Source: Eledone cirrhosa | Lineage: Eukaryota | DNA length: 64,000 nucleotides | NCBI GenBank assembly: GCA_964016885.1 | Contig: OZ024741.1 | Span: 355,322,001-355,386,000 of the forward strand | Direction of reading: 5' to 3' | In this document: piece after piece, positions 50,231 to 62,051 of the stretch | Position numbering within the stretch: position 1 is the stretch's first letter | Layout of the letters: each line of letters begins with the position of its first letter | Position numbers and translations under genes: made by a program | The notes under the pieces: model-generated | Told to the model about the DNA's origin: nothing | The model's database searches: none | What the model saw: the letters and a program-made list of their open reading frames with translations, nothing else

Positions 50231-50601
50231 AAACACAGACCAAAACTTAACTCAAATGGTTAGTCAAATTTGTATACTGTTAATTCTTTATGTATACAGA
50301 ATCTAGCTATGTTTCATAGCTAGGTAGGTGTTTATCAGAAGACATGTACCCACATCCCTCTGTCTGTGAAAAGAATTTATAGTCAAATGCTATTTATATA
50401 AAACACAAAATAGAACTTAACTGAAATGGCTAGTTTAATTTGAATAATGTGGATTTGCCCATAAGGTAATTAATTAAATATTAAATAGATATGTACAATA
50501 CTGTCTATAATTTAACATGTAAAATACATTTCATGCAGTTTATAAGCTTCAGTGTAAAACTTGAAACAAATAAAAAAACATTCTGTTAGTCTCTTCATAT
50601 T

Positions 50602-50633
<32 letters not shown>

Positions 50634-51681
50634 CAAAACAAAACAAAACAATCAACATAAAACATTGTTTTTACATATTCCATAGCTAGTAACTGTTTAT
50701 GAAAATACAAGCAACTTTATTCTTTCATCTACAAAGAAAGCTTGAGACAAAGAGTATAAATATTAAACACAAACCTGAACTTAACTGGAATGGCCAGTTT
50801 AATTTGGTATTCAACACATCTTGTTTCAATAGGCACCCTATATCACACACATGCATGTGTGTGTGTGTATATATATATATATACACATCTATCATAAATC
50901 TTTTTAATCTCAATTTCATCCTTAATTTATTATTATTTTTTTCTCCCCATCAACGAACTCATTATTAATACATATGAATTCAATATAAAAACTTTAACTT
51001 CACATTATTTTTCTCAAATCCTATACATAAACATTTTCTCTTTACTAATTTTAAGATTCCTACATTTCTCCTTTTGAATATTCACCCACAATTATTATTT
51101 TTTTTTCTCTCTATCTCCATACATAATCTCCCTTCGTTATTTTTTTCTCTCTATCTCCATACATAATTTCCCTTCGTTAATTTTCAAATTCCTTTAATTT
51201 ATACATTATCTTCCAACGGTTCCCAACCTCTCTATATTAAAACATTATATCTTTTTCTCAGTTATAAAAACTATCTCTTTCTCTCTATCACCCATCTCTC
51301 CCTTTCCACCTTCACTCTCATCTCCTCCCCTTTTTTTCATCCTTTCCACCCCCACCCCTCCCTAAATATAATATATTTTTTCCTCGCACATATCCTCCCT
51401 TCGTTAATTTTCAAAAATTTTTAATTTATACAGTATCTTCCAACGGCTTTCAACCCCTCTATATAAAATATATCTCCTCTCTGTTATAAAAACTATCTCT
51501 TTCTCTCTATCACCCATCTCTCCCTCTCATCTCCTTCCCTTTTCATCCTTTTCTCTCCCCCCCTCTCTAAATAAAATATTTTTCCCAATATCACACATCA
51601 ATCTAAAACCACTTTTCATATGTTGATTTAAAACTGCACTATCAACAAGTGTTTTTTCAGCCTTCATATCATGTTCTCCTG

Positions 51682-51748
51682 TTTTATCTGATGAAAACAC
51701 AAATATTATTGTTTGATGATGTTTGTTTTTGAAATGCGCATAATAAAA
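51682..51748 (+). ncRNA. Type I hammerhead ribozyme in a PLE-like 3' UTR/pLTR (about 50890-51880)
   Basis: ttttat-CTGATGA-aaac...gttttt-GAAA-tgcgca-TA-ataaaa. 6-bp stem I and palindromic stem III ATGCGCAT. Confidence 0.75.
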
Positions 51749-52016
51749 TATATTGAACTCCTTTAACCATCTTTTGATCTTATATTATGCATACTCCAGT
51801 CCCACAAACTGTAGAGTGCTTCTTATCCGATATCTGCATTGCTTTATTGTACTACAATAAAACTCACCTCCTACATTTATATATATATATATATATATAT
51901 CAAGATAAGCAGAACAAGTAAAATTTAACCAATTTTTCAAAATAAATCAAAATTAATTTACAATTAAAATTAATCAAAATTAAAAAATATAATATAAATA
52001 TTTACCTATTCGAGTA

Positions 52017-52097
52017 GCTCTTACTGTACAGTTTCACTTTGCAAAACATTAGATATCACATGGATATTAATGGAAAAGCAAAGATCATCAGAGAAGC
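52017..52097 (-). ncRNA. Type I hammerhead ribozyme (copy 1 of the 526-bp unit)
   Basis: Minus strand reads gcttct-CTGATGA-tctttgc...gcaaagt-GAAA-ctgtacag-TA-agagc. Confidence 0.8.
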
Positions 52098-52769
52098 ATT
52101 TTCCTTTCCTAGGGTTAAAAACCCCAGGAACGATAAAATATATGACCTCACTCCAACTAATACAGGTCTGAAAGGTCGTGAAAGTGACCCATAAATACGT
52201 TGGTGTATAGTGAAGGCGGGAAATCGTAGACTTGTTGTCTATGTTCGCTACCCCAAAAAATTTTTTTAGCAGCTAGATAGAACGACAGAATTTTTTCTCT
52301 ACATAATCGGAGAATAATGAATAAGGTTAATATATCTGAGGGTACAATGTACCCCCAGAAATACATAGGTTGTCTATGATTTAAGGTGGTTCTATGGTAA
52401 TAATTTGATATACCAGAACTTAATATCAAGATAAGCAGAACAAGTAAAATTCAACCAATTTTTCAAAATAAATCAAAATTAATTTACAATTAAAATTAAT
52501 CAAAATTAAAAAATATAATATAAATATTTACCTATATTAACCTTATTCATTATTCTCCGATTATGTAGAGAAAAAATTCTGTCGTTCTATCTAGCTGCTA
52601 AAAAAATTCTTTTGGGTAGCGAACATAGACAACAAGTCTACGATTTCCCGCCTTCACTATATACCAACGTATTTATGGGTCACTTTCACGACCTTTCAGA
52701 CCTGTATTAGTTGGAGTGAGGTCATATATTTTGTCGTTCCTGGGGTTTTTAACCCTAGGAAAGGAAAAT

Positions 52770-52850
52770 GCTTCTCTGATGATCTTTGCTTTTCCATTAA
52801 TATCCATGTGATATCTAATGTTTTGCAAAGTGAAACTGTACAGTAAGAGC
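52770..52850 (+). ncRNA. Type I hammerhead ribozyme (copy 2 of the 526-bp unit); predicted cleavage after A52845
   Basis: CTGATGA at 52776-52782, stem II ctttgc/gcaaag, GAAA at 52832-52835, palindromic stem III ACTGTACAGT, GUA triplet. Confidence 0.8.
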
Positions 52851-53065
52851 TTCTCGAATAGGTAAATATTTATATTATATTTTTTAATTTTGATTAATTT
52901 TAATTGTAAATTAATTTTGATTTATTTTGAAAAATTGGTTGAATTTTACTTGTTCTGCTTATCTTGATATTAAGTTCTGGTATATCAAATTATTAACATA
53001 GAACCACCTTAAATCATAGACAACCTGTGTATTTCTGGGGGTACATTGTACCCTCAGATATATTA

Positions 53066-53111
<46 letters not shown>

Positions 53112-53114
<3 letters not shown>

Positions 53115-55710
53115 TCATCATCATCATCAACGTTTAACGTCCGTGTTCCACGCTTGCATGGGTTTGGACGGGGGTTTTCCCACTTGAGGCAAGAGTGATT
53201 GTCTTGCTCGCATAGGACTGTCTAGCAGGTTTTCTACAGTTGGATGCCCTTCCTAACACCAACCACATTTACAGTGTGGGTCTGGGAGGTTTTTACCGTG
53301 TTGCCTACACGGCCACATTACAGCGTGGACTGTGTGATTTTTTGTCGTGACACCTACACTATCTCATTTGTTTCGGCCTGGATGGTGTGGCACCAACATA
53401 ACTTTACATAGAAGGGGGCGATGGGGTGGGGGTGGTGGGACGGGGGTGTATTTTGTTAGAGGTGCCTACTGACTGTAGTAGGTTTTACTATGTATTTAGG
53501 TAAGGCGGGTCTTCTCTATTACTGAGTACCGCCAAAGGTCTCGGTCCAGTGACATTGTCTTGGAGAGGTGTAAGTGTGTGACGTCGGAGTTTATCAGCTC
53601 GTCCCAGGTTTTTCTAGGTCTGCCTATTCCGTGGCTACCGTCTATCTTTATTGCCCTGCACTTTGTTATACAGCTATCGACTTTCATGCGCATCACGTGT
53701 CCATACCAATGTAGCCTTCTCTCGAGTAAACAACATCTGATCCCTCTTATTTCTAATTTTTTCCTTAGTTCGTTTATGCTTTGCCGTTCATGTATATTAC
53801 TATTACACATCCAGCAGAGCATGCAAGCTTCGTTCCTCTCTAGTCTGCGTATATCCTCTGCACACAATGCCCAGGTCTCACTGTCATGCAACATTACTGT
53901 TCGTATGCAGGCATCATACAACCTGCCTTTCATTTTTAGGGAGAACCCTTTAGCGGCTAATAGTGGTATAAGCTCTCTGAACTTTTTCCATCCAGTTCTG
54001 ACTCTAGCTACTGTACTTTCAGAGCACCCTCTCCCACTGCTGATTTTGTCACCCAGGTAACTGAAGCTGTCCACTATTTCTATAGAGCCCTCTGCGCAGT
54101 TGAAAGAGCTAGTATTTTGTGGGCACTTGCTGCTACTTATTGCACCAGAGCACCGGCCACATGTGAAATCTATGTTCTTAGTTAGCTTACCTGTGATCCC
54201 ACTACATCTTTTATGCACCCATACTTTGCATTTGGGACACAAAATGGAGTTTCTACCTACGCCTTTCCTACACACTGAGCATGGTCACTTCCCGGAAGGG
54301 ACCGCCACCTTATTTTCTTTCCTACAAACTAGAACTTTAGTCTTAGCCAGGTTAATTTTAAGGCCTTTTGATTCTAGGCCGTGCTTCCATGTTTGGAATT
54401 TCTTCTCTAGCTCGGCCATTGATTCAGCTATGAGTGTTAGGTCGTCTGCGTATAGGAGTTCTCATGGGCAGCCGGTCTTGAACTCCTCTGTTATAGCCTG
54501 AAGGGCAATAATAAATAGTAGGGGGCTGAGAACAGAGCCCTGATGGACGCCAACTTTTACGCTAAACTCTTCACTATATTCGTTGTTAATTCTAACCTTG
54601 CTCACTGTTTCTTTATACATGGCTTGTATAGCTCTCACAAGCCATTCGTCGACACCTATTTTTCTAAGAGCCCACCAGATAATGGAACGGGGGACTCTGT
54701 CGAAGGCTTTCTCCAAATCAACAAAAGCTAAGTATAGGGGTTTACTTTTAGCTAGGTACTTCTCCTGTAGTTGTCGTACAATGAAAAGAGCGTCTGAGGT
54801 ACTTTTGCCTGATACAAACCCGAACTGCATTTCATCTAGGTCAATTCTCTCTCTGATTAGTTGCGCTATTACTTTTTCCGTGACCTTCATGACCTGGTCG
54901 ATTAATTTAATGCCTCTATAGTTACTCCTATCTAGAGCATCTCCTTTACCCTTATAACAGTTAACGATGATGCTGCTACGCCAGTCCTTCGGAACAACCC
55001 CATTCTGTACGACTTGGTTAACTATCCGGGTGACCATGGTGTGTCCCACCGTGCCAGATGCCTTCAGCATCTCAGCAACTATTTCCGAAGGCCCAGCTGC
55101 CTTACCTGTCTTCATATCCTTGATTGCCTTACTTATTATACTACCCTCGACTAACACTGCTGGTCCCTCTATTGGGTCGATGTGGGGGAGACTGTCTTTC
55201 TCCCATTTATTCTCCTCATTTAGTAGCCTTTCATAGTGACACTTCCAAGCTACCTTCTTATCAGCGTCGGTGATGGCAAGTACACCGTCATCATTAAGTA
55301 CACACTTCTCCCCGACAATATCACGGTTTTCCTTGACACATTGCCTAGCAATCCTGAACACCTCACGTTTTTGGTCCTCGCGTTGTAGAACATGCTTGAA
55401 CTTTCTTTCCTCTGCTTCCCTTCTTGCGAAGTACACTTATCTCCTAGCTTCCCTCCTGGCCACTTGATAGTCTTCTTTACTTCCCCCATCCCGCCATACT
55501 TTCCAAGCCTGCTTTTTGGCCTTAATTGACCCCTCCACCTTACTGTTCCACCACCATGTTACTCTCCTCCTGCCTACAGGCCTGCTCCAGCCACAGACTT
55601 CGTCTGCCACCATCAGCAGGTTTGCTTTCAGGAATTCCCACTGCTCCTCTATATTGTACGACTCTAATTGCTCTTCCTTACTGTCGAAAGCATCAAGTAG
55701 TATGCTTAGA
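53112..55710 (-). mobile_element. Young 5'-truncated RTE LINE; single reading frame 55710-53496 with two premature stops
   Basis: ORFs 55437-55802, 54462-55436 and 53496-54275 share one frame. RT motifs NYRGIKL, FVDLEKAFDRVP, GVHQGSVLSPLLF and LYADDL. Internal C4HC3 finger. (GAT)n tail. Confidence 0.93.
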
Positions 55711-55957
55711 TATATATATATATAAAAATATAATTTCAGCAAGATTGTATTTCGGCGGGGGCCAAAAACAAAACGAAACTCAATCTTCGAGATATGCGGC
55801 AAGAGCTCAATGGACTAAAAGAAGACCAGAGCAATTAACATACATTATAAGGGCCAGAAAAATGAAAACAATGGTCGTGAAGCCATCAGGGGCTGGAGCC
55901 AAAAAAACGAAGCAAGCTAAACAGGTTAACAAAAGAATATGTATGTATATATATATA

Positions 55958-56147
55958 TCATCATCATCATCATCATCATCATCAGGTTTAGCGTCCGTGT
56001 TCCACGCTTGCATGGGTTTGGACGGGGGTTTTCCCACTTGAGGCAAGAGTGGTTGTCTTGCTCGCATAGGACTGTCTGGCGGGTTTTCTACAGTTGGATG
56101 CCCTTCCTAACACCAATCACATTTACAGTGTGGGGCTGGGAGGTTTT

Positions 56148-56150
<3 letters not shown>
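55958..56150 (-). mobile_element. Short 3'-end copy of the same RTE
   Basis: Nearly identical to 53112-53296. Confidence 0.85.
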
Positions 56151-56188
<38 letters not shown>

Positions 56189-56192
<4 letters not shown>

Positions 56193-59015
56193 TAAACGGA
56201 ATAGAAAATGCTGACAAATTGTTCACAGTTGAAAAATGGTTTAATTAGGAATAAAAGAGTATTAGTAATTGTATGGGTTAGTATTCAGTTGTGGTTTTAA
56301 GTTTTTAAGTTTTTACCGGTTGCGCATTTCTAAATGCTTTTCAAAAATAATTTTGAGATAGAGCGTCCGTGTTGTTTGCTCTGATCTGATTAGTTTTGGG
56401 GATTCTACCTGTTTTTATGTTAAAAAAGTGGCTCCAGCGCTACATTGGTGTTGCAAAAATTCTGGTGTTGCAAAAAACATGGCACATAGAAACACACACC
56501 CATACTCGCAGTACAGGAACACCCCATTCAATCTACAACCACCAACCCGAACCACATTTTACAACAACAAGGAATATAACAAACACAGGAGACCACTTAA
56601 CATCAGCAGACAACCCCTCTACCCCAACCATTTTTTAGACACAGCACACAGATACAGGCAAACAAAATAACACAAGACAGGGAGGAGAAACCGATAGTAA
56701 TAAAAATTATCAATCTTACTAGTGCAGAACCAACACCCAACCTTATCAACTTACTCTCCAAAGGTCTTAAATTCACACCGACCCCACTACGTCCTAACTA
56801 CTATGAAATGAAGGAAGACATCACAGACTTCTGTAGAAAGTTACGACTTAGTGAACAACTATTCGACCAGTACAATGAGGATGAATCATTAGCCAGAAAT
56901 AGAAGCAATTACACCCCTTCAAAAGGTAGAAATAAAATCATGGACGAATTCTGTGAACACATCACAAACTTCCCTTACCAACACTTGCACAGACAAAAAC
57001 ACAAGCCAAACCTCAACAAGAAAGAATGGGAAGAATTAAATAGATTAAAAACCGACAGAACCATTACAATTAAAGAGGCTGATAAAGGGAGTACAGTAGT
57101 CCTAATGGAGACAGAATTCTATATCAACTTAGCGCTCTCCACTTTGGAAAACGAAACATACTACGAAAAGGCTGAACACTACAATCAACAGAAAATTATG
57201 AGAAACCTAAAAACTCTAATCAACCAATACAAAGAAGGACTCACTAACAAGGAATTCAGCTTCATCACAGACTTCATAAGTAAATCCAGCCTTTTCTACG
57301 GTATCCCTAAAGTACATAAAAGCGAATTAATAAGTAAGGCATGCAAGGAAGCCACAGACATAGTCATCAATGTCCCCTCACCCAATGATCTCAAATTAAG
57401 ACCTATAATAGCAGGCCCCGCTTGCGAAGCTCACCGCCTTAGCAACTTCATTGATACCCTTCTCAAACCCTTTCTCAAACACATCAAAAGCTATATAAGG
57501 GACGACCTAGATATGCTCAATCACCTCCCTAATATGCCACTTTCTGAACAAACCCTACTAGTGACGTTCGATGTAGTCAACCTATACTCCAACATCCCCC
57601 ACAACCTAGGAATAGAAGCTATCCAATTCTGGCTGGATAATTTCCACAATGAACTCCCACAACACATCAAAAAAGAATTCGTGATAGAGGGACTCAAATT
57701 TATCTTGGAGAACAATTACTTCGTTTTCAATAACAAACCCTACAGGCAGAAATCTGGGACCGCTATGGGAACGAAAACAGCCCCCACTTATGCCAACCTA
57801 GTCATGGGATACCTGGAAATCACCCTCTACACTAAAGTCCTAAACAAATTTGGAAACACCCTCCACTTACACATTGAAAGGAACTGGAAGCGATATCTAG
57901 ATGACTGCTTCATCCTTTGGCACGAAAACATCGAAAAACTTAAAGAATTTCACACCCTTATAAATGGGCTCAACACGAATATTAACTTCACGATGGAATA
58001 CAACCATCAACAACTCCCCTTCATCGACATCCTCATTAAGATCCATAACAAAAAAAATAGAACCCTAGACACGTTAAAATTAATATTCCCTACAACTTAG
58101 CCAAGAGAATCTGTACTATAGTCTCCAATAAAAACACCTGCTACTTACGGCTACAAGAACTAAAGGACACACTCATAGGCAGGGACTACCCTGCATCACT
58201 AATTGACAATGGAATCCAACGTGCCCTAAAACTCAGTACCCAGGACCTTAGACAACCTAAAGTAAATCAACCGAAACTAAAAGCTCTTCCATACATCTCC
58301 ACACACAACCCCCTCAACAATGAGGCCTTTGACACCATCCTCCAGAACATCCCTGTGTTGAAAAAGGACCATAGAATGAACCAAATCCTACGAACACACG
58401 ATATCATAAAGAGCAAAAGACAATCCAAGTCAATGAAAAACATCCTAACACATGCCAAAGTACTGCCAACCACAACAACGAAACCCACAGTAAAAAAATG
58501 CGATAGACCCAACTGTGGCATATGCATCAACCTAATAGAGGGTTCGGAATTCTATTTCAAAGAAGGACAACGTTTTATAGTAAAACACAATTTCACATGT
58601 GCATCGGAAAATCTAATATATGTATTAACTTGCTCAGGCTGTCGAGAACAATACATAGGCCAGACCAAAAACAGCCTCCGCCAACGCATGACTGTCCATA
58701 GATCCCAAATTAAAATACGGGAATACAGGAAAATACCACTGAGTGAACACATTGATACCTGTGCCGCCCAAAATCATCCCGACTTCAGAATCTTTCCCCT
58801 CTACAAATTTAAAGATAGTGCCACCCACACCCAGCGCATCAGCAAGGAATCTTACTTCATTAACAAATACGGACCCCGTCTAAACACTTCTCCCTAAGAC
58901 GAACCCACAACATACACACGTCAACATACATACCTACATCAGCACACATCTCTACCCACATATAAACACAATGACATACGTAAACACACATGCTCTATGG
59001 TGCAACACAAAAAAA

Positions 59016-59083
<68 letters not shown>

Positions 59084-59258
59084 GTGAATATATGTGTATA
59101 TATATATATATGTATAGTGAATATCATTTCACACCTTTTATTGTTAAGATTTTTGATGTTCTATTAAGAGAACCGATTTTACTGAAAAAATCGAATAATG
59201 TACACCATTTTACCAGGGGGGAAAAAATACTGGTCCACCCACACACACACACACACAT

Positions 59259-59330
<72 letters not shown>

Positions 59331-59496
59331 ACACATACACACGCGTACATTAACATACAAAGAGACTTATACACACACACACACACTTCTCCGTATAAGA
59401 CAAAAGCTGAAAAACATCTTTTGACATGCTAAAATACCCTCCACTGCTTACAGACACATTCCTACTGACCATCCCTGCTACCACGAATTACTCTGC

Positions 59497-59539
<43 letters not shown>

Positions 59540-59614
59540 ATCTTAATAGCCATTTGACACACATCCCTGCTAACCATTATCACAACATCGAACACCTTAC
59601 TACTACTACTACTA

Positions 59615-59660
<46 letters not shown>

Positions 59661-60184
59661 TTGTTGTGAAAGAGTCATTTCTCAGTCTTGGCGCAAAATC
59701 AATTTTTTATTCACATGACCCCTACTGACCAATCAAAATTGTTTTGACCACAAGAATTTTTCCAAACACCAAGTAGCGCTGGAGCCACTTTTTTAACATA
59801 AAAACAGTCTTAGCGCAAAATCAATTTTTTGCATTCACATGACCTCTACCGACCAATCAAAATTGTTTTGACCACAAGAATTTTTGCAACACCAAAGTAG
59901 CACTGGAGCCACTTTTTTAACATAAAAACAGGTAGAATCCCCAAAACTAATCAGATCAGAGCAAACAACACGGACACTCTATCTCAAAATTATTTTTGAA
60001 AAGCATTTAGAAATGCGCAACCGGTAAAAACTTAAAAACTTAAAACCACAACTGAATACTAACATACAATTACTAATACTCTTTTATTCCTAATTAAACC
60101 ATTTTTCAACTGTGAACAATTTGTCAGCATTTTCTATTCCGTTTACCAATATATAATAACTTGTGTGTTACACCTCTATTCTTT

Positions 60185-60190
<6 letters not shown>
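56189..60190 (+). mobile_element. Near-complete Penelope-like element (Neptune-like) with inverted 5' pLTR
   Basis: 56189-56463 is the reverse complement of about 59878-60150. RT plus GIY-YIG ORF inside. About 122-bp tandem duplication (59683-59804 and 59805-59930). (TA)n on both sides. Confidence 0.92.
56690..58897 (+). pseudogene. PLE RT plus GIY-YIG ORF with one frameshifting deletion near 58055
   Basis: Motifs LSKGLKFTP, IKEADKG, FYGIPKVHK, LRPII, TFDVVNLYSNI, GTAMGT..APTYANL, RYLDD and LPFIDI, then KCDRPNCGIC, NLIYVLTCSGCREQYIGQT..RMTVH..E. Confidence 0.92.
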
Positions 60191-60259
<69 letters not shown>

Positions 60260-60691
60260 AATGGCTTCTACAGGACTAGAACTGTTTGATTTGAATGAAA
60301 CAGTTCTAGTCCTGTAGAAGCCATTTCTATATTGAATATTGTATATTCTCTACTATGTATTGAGTACCTTACTTACTGTGGTTGCCCCCAATTGAACCCG
60401 GGACACACACACATATATAATATATATATATATGTGTGTGTGTATGTATATCTATATCTATCTATCTATTTGTCTAGTTATACACACATAGACACACATA
60501 CATACACACATACACACACACATATATATATATTCACCTACATACATGATTGTTCACAGTCCAACATTTCTATGAATAGTTCTGTCAATATTAATTCAAT
60601 CATGAAAGTTGTTCATCTGGGTTTCAAGGAACATTCCAAACTGCTTATGTATATATAACCGAATTACACACACATACACACATACATATGT

Positions 60692-60950
60692 GAAGGCATG
60701 TGGCTGAGTGGTTAGAGAATTGGATTCGCAATCGTGACGTTGTGATTTCGATTTCCGGAATGGGTGATGCATTATGTCCTTGAGCAAGACACTTTATTTC
60801 ATGTTTCTCCTTTTACCTGGATTTGCGACTGACAGCTAATATTAGCAATTAGAAAGGTCAATGGAAACATTGTTTCCTCGGTCCAATTTGACAAGCCCCA
60901 CTCCACTCATTAAGTGAATTAGGTCTGGGATCTTGTCGATCGACTCACGA
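60692..60950 (+). mobile_element. tRNA-derived SINE of a second family (CORE-like body)
   Basis: A box tggctgagtggttagag, B-box-like tttcgatttcc, body gtccttgagcaagacacttt. Confidence 0.6.
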
Positions 60951-60962
60951 TATATATATACA

Positions 60963-61763
60963 TCGGGAACTACTACCACTGCTAGCTGCAAAAGGCTTCT
61001 CCCTCAGAATGAAAGGCAGACTGTATGATGCGTGTATACGAACAGCGATGTTGCATGGTAGTGAGACCTGGGCGCTGAAGGTGGAAGACTTACGGAGATT
61101 AGAGAGAAACAAAGCCTGCATGCTCCGATGGATGTGTAACAGTAATATACGTGAACGACAAAGCATAAATGAATTGAGAGAGAGACTGAGCATAAGAGGA
61201 ATCAAATGCTGTGTGCAGGAGAGGCGGTTGCGCTGGTATGGACATGTGATGCGTATGAAGGATGACAGCTGCATAAAAAGGTGCAGAGCACTAGAAGTTG
61301 ATGGAAACCGCGGAGTGGGGAGACCCAAGATGACCTGGGATGAGGTGATAAAAGCCGACCTTACCCAATTACACCTCTCAAAGACAATGACACACGACCG
61401 TGACTTCTGGCGTCACGCAGTAATACAGAGTACCCGACCTCCCATGGGTACAAGCTGAAGCATATAGACAATATGCCCCTACACCCCCCACCGCAAGGTG
61501 GTCGTGGAGGTGCCACGGCAAAAAAGCACCCAGCCCACACTGTAAAGTGTATGTGTAGGCGCCACGAAAAAGCACCCAGCACTCACTGTAAATGAGGTTG
61601 GTGTTAGGAAGGGCATCCAGCTGTAGAAATCAAGCCAAATCAGTTCCTGTATGAGCAAGACATGGTCAGCCGACCAGACACTGCCCACAACAGGACAACC
61701 CGTCTAACCCATGCTAGCGTGGAAGAACGGATGTAAAACGGTGATGATGATGATGATGATGAC
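60963..61763 (+). mobile_element. RTE LINE 3' fragment
   Basis: ORF 61009-61458 (LHGSETW..RLRWYGHV..GRPKMTW). (GAT)n tail. Confidence 0.9.
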
Positions 61764-62051
61764 ATATATATATAGGATAACAAGATATTGTTTAAGGTAA
61801 TCCAGCTAGAGGTTATGAGTACTCTGTATTGAGGATAATTTTAATGTATGGCGTTGTTTGACTCAACAAGAAGTTTCCTTAGTCAGGTGGCCAGTTTAAG
61901 AAAGTTCGTAGGCAGGCAGTTCTTGGAGTAATAATAGTAAAAAAATGAAGAATAACATGGTCGGCTGTACAATAGTGTTTATTTAAAGTACTAAATAAAC
62001 CCTATTGTACAGTCGACCATGTTATTCTTCATTCTTTTACTATATATATAT

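Larger units (their letters stand above)
51899..53070. mobile_element. Retrozyme-like non-coding element: 526-bp hammerhead unit in tandem and inverted arrangement
   Basis: Period 526 on both arms (caagataagc at 51901 and 52427; tattaacc at 52535 and 53061). Hammerheads at 52017-52097 (minus) and 52770-52850 (plus). Long (TA)n on both flanks. No credible ORF. Confidence 0.85.

Noticed and set aside
52157-52429. 90-aa ORF within the 526-bp unit
   Set aside because: TTG start, no recognisable motif, and it is split by the permutation point in the other arm. Treated as non-coding.
60692-60770. tRNA gene
   Set aside because: A and B boxes are present but there is no complete cloverleaf, and it continues into a SINE body.
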